Positions 50,239 to 58,415 of a DNA stretch of 58,415 bases are shown one piece after another (the first letter of the stretch is position 1; each line of letters opens with the position of its first letter). The position numbers and the translations under genes were made by a program. The DNA comes from Verrucomicrobiota bacterium. GTDB lineage: Bacteria; Verrucomicrobiota; Lentisphaeria; Lentisphaerales; Lentisphaeraceae. The notes beneath the pieces are model-generated. The model was not told the DNA's origin. It saw only the letters and a program-made list of their open reading frames with translations, and ran no database searches. The stretch lies in contig JBDKFG010000062.1 in the NCBI GenBank assembly GCA_039798785.1, positions 1-58,415 of the forward strand, written 5' to 3'.

Positions 50239-51888
50239 ATGAATCTCTTCTTTCTCAATGTCGGACGCCGCTGCGAGCTGGTCCGCGCCTTTGCCCGCAG
50301 TCTGCCGCGCTTCGGTTCCGGCCTGATCTGGGGGTCCGATCCCAATCCTCTGGCACCGGCCTTGGCCGAGGTAGATCGCATTGTCGAGCTCCCCTCGCCC
50401 CAGGATTGCGAGGCCTACGTCGCGGCGCTGGGCGCCTTCCTGGCGCGCGAGAGGATCGGGCTGCTGATCCCGACCATCGACCCTGACCTGCTTCGACTTG
50501 ACCGCTGGTCGGCCCAGCTTCAGAAGGCCGCGCCTGACTGCCGCATCCTCCTCTCTTCCTCGGAGGCCATTGCCGTGGCCCGGGACAAGCGCCGCAGTCG
50601 CGAGGCCTTCGCCTGTCTGGGGGCTGAGGTGCCGCAGGCTCTCGATCCCGCCGATCCGGAGCTCAGATTCCCGATTTTCGTCAAGCCCGCCGCCGGTTCG
50701 GCTTCGCAAGGAGCACGGACCCTTCACAATCGAGCCGAGCTCGAGGCGGCTCTTGCGGATACCCAGGATCCGATGTTCGAGGCTCTGGTCGAAGGCGAGG
50801 AGACCACGGTCGACGTGCTTCTCGATTTCCTCGGCAAGGCTCTGGTCGCCATTCCGCGCCGCCGCCTCCAGGTCCGTGGCGGCGAGGTCACCCGCGGCAT
50901 TCTGGAGCGCGATGCCGGTCTTGAATCGCTGGCCTGCCGTCTGGCCGAAGGCCTGGGATGTCGCGGTCCGGTGACGCTGCAATTCCGTCAGCCGGCTCCC
51001 GGGCGCTGGGTGGCGATGGAGCTGAACGCCCGTCTTGGTGGCGGCCTGCCGCTGAGCCTGGCGGCGGGAGCCGATTGGCCTGGCTGGATCTTGCAGCTCT
51101 GCCGCGGCGAGACGCCGGATTGTTCGCGACCCGTGCTCGATAGGCTGGTGATTTCCCGTTTCGACGACTCGCTCTTCATTCCTCCTGCCAAGTCCTTGCC
51201 GCCGCCGAGGCCAGCTGGCGAGCCGCTGCCTCCGCTGCTGATTTTCGACATGGACGACACGCTCTTCCCCGAGGCGGATTTCGTTCGTTCCGGCCATCGT
51301 GCCGCCGCTGCCGCGGCCTGGGCGGAGCTGGGGATCGATATCGAGCCCGAGCTCCGCCGCCGTTTCGCGGCGGGCCAGCGCGGCGATCTCTTCAGTTCCA
51401 GCCTGAGGGCTCTCGGGGTCGAGCCGCCGCCGGGCTTTGTCGAAGAGGTTCTGGTGCCGGCCTATCGCGAGCATCGCCCGGAGATCCGTCCCTTCCTCGA
51501 GACCGCCGTTCTCGGCGAGTTGCGCCAGCGCGGCCATCTGCTTGCGCTTCTCAGCGACGGCTGGGCGGCGGTGCAGCGCCGCAAGTTCGAGGCTCTCGGA
51601 CTGGCGCCGCTCTTCGATGCGGCGGTCTTCACCGACGAGCTGGGCGGACCTTCCGCCTGGAAGCCGTCGCCGGCCGGTTTCGAGGAGCTTCTGCGGATTT
51701 TCGAGATGCCAGCGGCGAAGGCGGTCTACATCGCCGACAATCCGCACAAGGACTTCATCGCGCCGCGCCGTCTCGGCATGGGCAGCCTTCGGATCGTCCG
51801 CCCGGGAGGCGAGCATGCCAAGGCGGTGGCGGCGAAGCGTGCCGACGACGCCGACTTCCTCATCCGCAGCCTGAATGAGCTGTTGTGA
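50239..51888 (+). CDS. ATP-grasp protein fused to a HAD hydrolase
   Basis: VGRR, PTIDPDL, KP..GSASQG, ELNARLGGG; then IFDMDDTL, LSDG, WKP, YIADNPHKDF. Confidence 0.85.
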   Translation: MNLFFLNVGRRCELVRAFARSLPRFGSGLIWGSDPNPLAPALAEVDRIVELPSPQDCEAYVAALGAFLARERIGLLIPTIDPDLLRLDRWSAQLQKAAPDCRILLSSSEAIAVARDKRRSREAFACLGAEVPQALDPADPELRFPIFVKPAAGSASQGARTLHNRAELEAALADTQDPMFEALVEGEETTVDVLLDFLGKALVAIPRRRLQVRGGEVTRGILERDAGLESLACRLAEGLGCRGPVTLQFRQPAPGRWVAMELNARLGGGLPLSLAAGADWPGWILQLCRGETPDCSRPVLDRLVISRFDDSLFIPPAKSLPPPRPAGEPLPPLLIFDMDDTLFPEADFVRSGHRAAAAAAWAELGIDIEPELRRRFAAGQRGDLFSSSLRALGVEPPPGFVEEVLVPAYREHRPEIRPFLETAVLGELRQRGHLLALLSDGWAAVQRRKFEALGLAPLFDAAVFTDELGGPSAWKPSPAGFEELLRIFEMPAAKAVYIADNPHKDFIAPRRLGMGSLRIVRPGGEHAKAVAAKRADDADFLIRSLNELL

Positions 51889-51895
51889 GTGCTTC

Positions 51896-52630
51896 ATGAT
51901 CAGTCTGCGGCAGAAGCTCCATTCCGTCTTCTTCGCACTCGGGCTTCTCCTGGTCTGGCTGCTCGTCGGGGTGATCGGCTTTCACAGCCTTGGCGATTCC
52001 GCCTGGACCTGGCTTGACGCTTTCTACATGGCGGTGATCACGCTCGCCTCTGTCGGCTACACCGAGGTCCACCCCTTCACCCCCGCCCTCAAGCTTTTTG
52101 CCAGCTGCTACATCATCGGCGGATGCCTGTGCACCGTCTACGCCCTCGCCCGCGTCGCCCAGTTCGTCTTCGAGGGAGAGCTCAAGGAAATTCTCGGTGT
52201 CAAGAAAAGGAAACGCGTCATGGAGAGTCTCAATCAGCATGTCATCATCTGCGGCTACGGTCGTATGGGGCGGAGCATCAGCGAAGGCTTGCTGCAGCAC
52301 AGCCGCGATCTGGTGGTGATCGAAAACAATCCGGCGCTGGTGCCGCTCTTCCTCGAGCAGGGGATCAAGCATGTCATCGGCGACGCCACCGAGGAGATGG
52401 TCCTGCGCGAGGCCGGGATCGAGAGGGCCAAGACCTTGCTGGTGGTCCTGCCCAACGACGCCGCCAACCTCTATATCGTCCTCACCGCGCGCGAACTCAA
52501 CCCGGAGCTGCGCATCATCACCCACTGCCACCAGGAGAGCGCTGAGAAGCGGCTCCTCCGCGCCGGAGCCAACGAAGTCGTCTACCCCTACCGCGTCGCC
52601 AGCAATCACATCCTCAAATCCCTGGAGTGA
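51896..52630 (+). CDS. 2-TM potassium channel protein with RCK_N (TrkA-N) domain
   Basis: DAFYMAVITLASVGY, HVIICGYGRMG, GDAT, AGANEVV.P. Confidence 0.88.
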   Translation: MISLRQKLHSVFFALGLLLVWLLVGVIGFHSLGDSAWTWLDAFYMAVITLASVGYTEVHPFTPALKLFASCYIIGGCLCTVYALARVAQFVFEGELKEILGVKKRKRVMESLNQHVIICGYGRMGRSISEGLLQHSRDLVVIENNPALVPLFLEQGIKHVIGDATEEMVLREAGIERAKTLLVVLPNDAANLYIVLTARELNPELRIITHCHQESAEKRLLRAGANEVVYPYRVASNHILKSLE

Positions 52631-52647
52631 GGCCCCCCGGTGATCCC

Positions 52648-53292
52648 ATGCTTCTGACTCTCATCTCCGATACGCATGGCGCCCATTCGCGCCTGAAGAT
52701 CGCCGAGTGCGATGCCCTGATCCATGCCGGCGATTTCTCTGCCGGGAGAGGTGGACGCGACGACTTGTCCGGCTTTTTGAAATGGTTCGCGGTGCAGCCG
52801 GCCAGGGTCAAGATTCTGGTTGCCGGGAATCATGACTTCTACTGTCAGAATTTTCCGGCGGAGACTCGCGATCTCTGCGGCGAGGCGGGGGTGATCTACC
52901 TTCAGGACGAGGAGGCGAGGGCCGGTTCCCTGCGAGTGTGGGGCAGCCCCTGGCAGCCGGAATTCGGCGACTGGGCCTTCAACCTGCCAAGGGGAAGCCC
53001 CTTGGCTAGAATGTGGTCAGCGATCCCCGAGGAAATCGACATCCTGGTCACCCATGGCCCGCCCTGGGGCATCCTCGATGCGACCCGCCGCGGCCCCCGT
53101 GTCGGATGCGAGATGCTGCGGCACGAGCTCGAGCGCGTCCGCCCACGCCTTCACCTTTTTGGCCACATCCATGAGGACGCCGGCCGCCTGGAGCAGGACG
53201 GAACGATCTTCGTCAACGCCTCCTGTTGGGAATTCGGTCAGCCCTTGCGACAGCCGCAAATCCTGAGGCTTGAGCCGAGAAGCCAGGAATGA
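52648..53292 (+). CDS. Metallophosphoesterase (MPPED/239FB-like)
   Basis: ISDTH, HAGD, AGNHD, WGSPWQP, THGPP, FGHIHE. Confidence 0.92.
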   Translation: MLLTLISDTHGAHSRLKIAECDALIHAGDFSAGRGGRDDLSGFLKWFAVQPARVKILVAGNHDFYCQNFPAETRDLCGEAGVIYLQDEEARAGSLRVWGSPWQPEFGDWAFNLPRGSPLARMWSAIPEEIDILVTHGPPWGILDATRRGPRVGCEMLRHELERVRPRLHLFGHIHEDAGRLEQDGTIFVNASCWEFGQPLRQPQILRLEPRSQE

Positions 53293-53308
53293 AGAGGGGC
53301 GGGAGGGG

Positions 53309-54583
53309 TCATTCTGGCGGTGGAGGATCAATCTTGAGGACCTGGACCCGCAGGCTTCCCTGGGCGAGGCGCAGTTCCACTTCGTCGCCGGGCTGCACCT
53401 GGCGGGCGCGGGTCAGCACCTGGCCTTCGAAGCGGGCGAGGGCGTAGCCGCGTTCTAGGACACGCTGGGGCGACATCGCCTCGAGGCGGCCGGCAAGCTC
53501 GGCAAGGCGGGAACGTCGACGCTCGAGAAGGCGTTGCAGCGCCGTGTCGAGCCTCGCGGCTCCAGGGGCGAGCCCTTCGGAACGGCGGCGCAGAAGCAGC
53601 GACATCGCCTGGTCGAGGCGGGAGACAAGCTGATCCACCTTCTGCATCCGGTCGCGGAGGCGCAGCTGCGGCGAGGCCCGCTGGAGCCGCTGCTCCAACT
53701 GCGCCAGCCGCCGTTGAGGAGTCTTCATCGATGCCTCGAGGGCGGCCTCGAGACGGCGGCGCAGCTGGCCAATGTGCTCCAGCCATTCGCCATAGGGACG
53801 CAGGATCATCTCGGCGGCGGCCGAGGGCGTCGGGGCGCGCAGGTCCGCGGCGAAGTCGCAGAGGCTGAAGTCCACCTCATGGCCGATGGCGCTGACGGTC
53901 GGGACGGGGCAGGCCGCGACGCTGCGGACCAGATCCTCGTCGTTGAAGGGCCAGAGGTCTTCGAGGCTGCCGCCGCCACGGGTGAGGACCAGGATTTCGT
54001 CCTCGCCCCGGCTTGCGGCCCAGCGCAGGGCACGGGCGGCATTGGCGGCAGCCTCCCGTCCCTGGACCAGGGTGGGATAGATGCGGACCCGGACGAAGGG
54101 GAAGCGGCGTCCCAACACTTGGAGGAAATCGCGCAGGGCCGCGCCTTCGGGGGAAGTGATGACGCCGATGCGGCGGGGGAGGAGGGGGAGTTGTTTTTTC
54201 CTTTCCGTGTCGAATAGCCCTTCGCGGCGCAGGCGCTCCTTCAAGGCTTCGAAGGCGGCCTGCAGAGAGCCTTGCCCGCAGGGGCGGGCAAGGCGGATCA
54301 CCAGTTGCAGCTGGCCGCGTTCGGAGTGGAAGCCGGGACGGGCGAGAGCCTCGATCTCCTGGCCCTCGCGGAGGGCGCCTTCACGCCAGGAGGAGGCCCC
54401 GGAGAACCAGACGCAGGAGAGGGCGGCGCCGCTGTCCTTGAGAGTGAAGTAGACATGGCCGCTGGGGTAGACCTTGGCCTGGCTGATCTCGCCGCTGATC
54501 CAGAAGGGCGGCAGGGCGTTCTCGATCCTGTCGCGCAGGATCGCCGCGGCGGCGCTGACGCTGATGATTTCGGCTTCGGCCAT
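53309..54583 (-). CDS. xseA: Exodeoxyribonuclease VII large subunit
   Basis: SGHVYFTLKD, GVITS..GAA..D, RGGGSLEDLW.FN, GHEVD, APTPSAAAE, LERGY. Confidence 0.95.
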   Translation of the reverse strand: MAEAEIISVSAAAAILRDRIENALPPFWISGEISQAKVYPSGHVYFTLKDSGAALSCVWFSGASSWREGALREGQEIEALARPGFHSERGQLQLVIRLARPCGQGSLQAAFEALKERLRREGLFDTERKKQLPLLPRRIGVITSPEGAALRDFLQVLGRRFPFVRVRIYPTLVQGREAAANAARALRWAASRGEDEILVLTRGGGSLEDLWPFNDEDLVRSVAACPVPTVSAIGHEVDFSLCDFAADLRAPTPSAAAEMILRPYGEWLEHIGQLRRRLEAALEASMKTPQRRLAQLEQRLQRASPQLRLRDRMQKVDQLVSRLDQAMSLLLRRRSEGLAPGAARLDTALQRLLERRRSRLAELAGRLEAMSPQRVLERGYALARFEGQVLTRARQVQPGDEVELRLAQGSLRVQVLKIDPPPPE

Positions 54584-54589
54584 GGACCC

Positions 54590-55117
54590 TCAGTTCTGCC
54601 GCAAAGGGTGCAGGCCGCGGCGCTGCCGCTCCTGGTTGACTTTCTGCCAGAGGTGCTCGTCCTTGGCGAGGTGCTTGATCAGCTGGCCGGTGCTGGTGCC
54701 GAGGCGCGATGCGGCGTCGGCGACGCTCCAGTGCTGATCGGCGAGCCAGTCCAGGATGCAGGCGGCGAAGAGGGGGTAGCGGGGATTTTTCGGGTTCATG
54801 CCCCATTCGCCCTGCCAGGTCTGGCGTGGGCAGTCCCGGATTTCGAAGGCGATGGCGAGGCGCAGGCGGCGCAGGGCCCGGATGCGGTTGATGTGCTGGT
54901 CGCGTTCCTCCGCCGCAGTGGATGCGAGTCCGCTGGGATGATGGATGATGCGGACCGCGGTCGAGGCCTTGTTGCGCTTCTGGCCGCCCGGCCCCTGGTC
55001 CTTGTAGAAGTCGAGGCGGCAGTCGCGCAGCAGGTGCTCGTCGTCAAGCTCCAGCCAGGCGTCGCGGCGGGCGCCGGGGGAATCAGGAAGAGGGGCGGGG
55101 GGAGGCGAAGGCTTCAT
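54590..55117 (-). CDS. Peptide chain release factor-like (RF-1 domain, GGQ) protein with extra C-terminal helical domain
   Basis: GPGGQKRNK..TAVRI.H.PSG, ERDQH.N. Confidence 0.85.
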   Translation of the reverse strand: MKPSPPPAPLPDSPGARRDAWLELDDEHLLRDCRLDFYKDQGPGGQKRNKASTAVRIIHHPSGLASTAAEERDQHINRIRALRRLRLAIAFEIRDCPRQTWQGEWGMNPKNPRYPLFAACILDWLADQHWSVADAASRLGTSTGQLIKHLAKDEHLWQKVNQERQRRGLHPLRQN

Positions 55118-55680
55118 TTTTCGCGGGTGAAGACGTATTTCCTCTCGCCTTGTTTCAGGGTCAGTTGCGAGCCCTCGATCTCGTAGTCGAAGGTGTCGTG
55201 ATTGTTGTTGTCGCGGGTGTTCACCTCGATCTGCCCCATGGTGGCGTTGCTGGCGGCGGCGTAGGTGAAGATGCGGCGGACGCTGACGGTGACGAGGGTC
55301 TTGCCCTGGGGATCCTTGCCGAGACCGTTGAGGGTGCAGACGCCGTTGCTGTCAAAGATGATCTGGTCGGCAAGGCCGGCGGCGGCAAGTTCGGAGGCGA
55401 TCATCTCCTCGGCCTTCCGATCAATCTCCTTCTGGTTCTCGGCATCGATCTCGACTTCGAGCCCGGCGGCCTCCTCGGCCTTGGCCTGGCCGGCGGCGAC
55501 CGCTTCGGCGCGGACCTCGTCTTCGAACTTCTTCTTGGCGGCGATCTTCAGGGCCGGTGTGATCTTGGCCTTGACGGCTTCGCGGTCGAAGATCCAGGAG
55601 CCGTTCAAGTGCGTCGGTCGCGCGGGGCCGCAGGCGGTCATGCAGAAGAGGATGGCGATGCAGGCGAGGATGCGGCGCAT
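55114..55680 (-). CDS. Hypothetical lipoprotein
   Basis: MRRILACIAILFCMTAC lipobox; GGAG RBS; start trimmed from the long ORF. Confidence 0.7.
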   Translation of the reverse strand: MRRILACIAILFCMTACGPARPTHLNGSWIFDREAVKAKITPALKIAAKKKFEDEVRAEAVAAGQAKAEEAAGLEVEIDAENQKEIDRKAEEMIASELAAAGLADQIIFDSNGVCTLNGLGKDPQGKTLVTVSVRRIFTYAAASNATMGQIEVNTRDNNNHDTFDYEIEGSQLTLKQGERKYVFTREK

Positions 55681-55842
55681 GGGAGGACTCCTTTTGGTGG
55701 AACGCAGGAACTTAGCGGCGGAGCCGATGGAATCAATAGGCTCGGCCGCAAGTCGGGCCGTGCCGCGCGAGGGATCTTCTTCGCCGGCGAAGCTTTCCAC
55801 CGCGCTTTTCAGGTCTATCCTTGTCGTCAGCCCGGAGTCACC

Positions 55843-58070
<2,228 letters not shown>

Positions 58071-58091
58071 TCTGAAGCCAGTCTTCCTCGG

Positions 58092-58121
58092 ATCCCCCGC
58101 CTTCGCAGGCGGGGGATTTTT
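58092..58121 (+). terminator. Rho-independent terminator after gap
   Basis: ATCCCCCGCC-TTCGCA-GGCGGGGGAT followed by TTTT. Confidence 0.9.
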
Positions 58122-58245
58122 GGTGCCTTCAAAGCCATGTATTGCTCAGATAGTTGGCTTGTAATTAATGAGGGTATCTGCTGATTTGGAGAAAGACGCT
58201 TGTCACGCAGCAATCGTCGCCTGCATGAGCAGATTGTTAATTCCG

Positions 58246-58294
58246 CAGCAGCGGAATGGAACCGGGTTGAAAGGTTGGAAGGTTGAAAGGCAAA
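58246..58294. repeat. Partial copy (C3) of the octamer element
   Basis: AGCAGCGGAA...ACCGGGTTGAAAGGTTGGAAGGTTGAAAGGCAAA matches the reverse complement of about 9726-9768. Confidence 0.75.
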
Positions 58295-58415
58295 TACATG
58301 AGTGCGCCGGAGAAATCGGCAAGGAGTAAAAGGTGAAAGTCCTTGACAGTGAAGACATAGCGAGTCACGCTGTCCCCGAGTCATGCGTCAGGCGCCGCGA
58401 GGCGCAGGGCGAAGC

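Noticed and set aside
58122..58415. Coding gene after gap (58025-58384 minus)
   Set aside because: No recognisable motifs; overlaps the terminator and repeat C3

Overview
This is a GC-rich bacterial chromosomal window, probably from the PVC superphylum (Lentisphaerota/Verrucomicrobiota-like). That placement is an inference from an H-X9-DG prepilin-like protein, DUF1080 and DUF6797-like proteins, and a GSDW thioredoxin-like protein. It opens in the 3' end of a 5S rRNA, followed by an HDOD/hybrid-kinase module, a sigma-54 response regulator, rluB and an archaemetzincin. An anaerobic/nitrogen-oxide block of about 12.5 kb (10.1-22.6 kb) holds a split class III RNR operon (nrdD core, a 59-aa glycyl-radical subunit absent from the ORF track, nrdG, ric, nnrS). 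The same block has napDAB divergent from a tetraheme cytochrome / FeS / NrfD / cytochrome c operon. After that come clpB, carB, four tandem Pal/OmpA-type lipoproteins, two tRNA-Arg, tRNA-Cys, orn and mgtE. The remainder carries an uncharacterised envelope pair (Zn-ribbon/transglutaminase-like/PA14/discoidin protein plus a Cys-less split thioredoxin), sugar-metabolism fusions, xseA and gap. The main signals read directly from the DNA are (1) three copies of a 25-bp NsrR-like palindrome linking the nrd and nap promoters and (2) several dispersed intergenic families of tandem-oligomer hairpins and MITE-like elements, including two direct copies bracketing ric. No CRISPR array, transposase or integrase is visible. 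All family assignments are by motif recognition; no searches were run.
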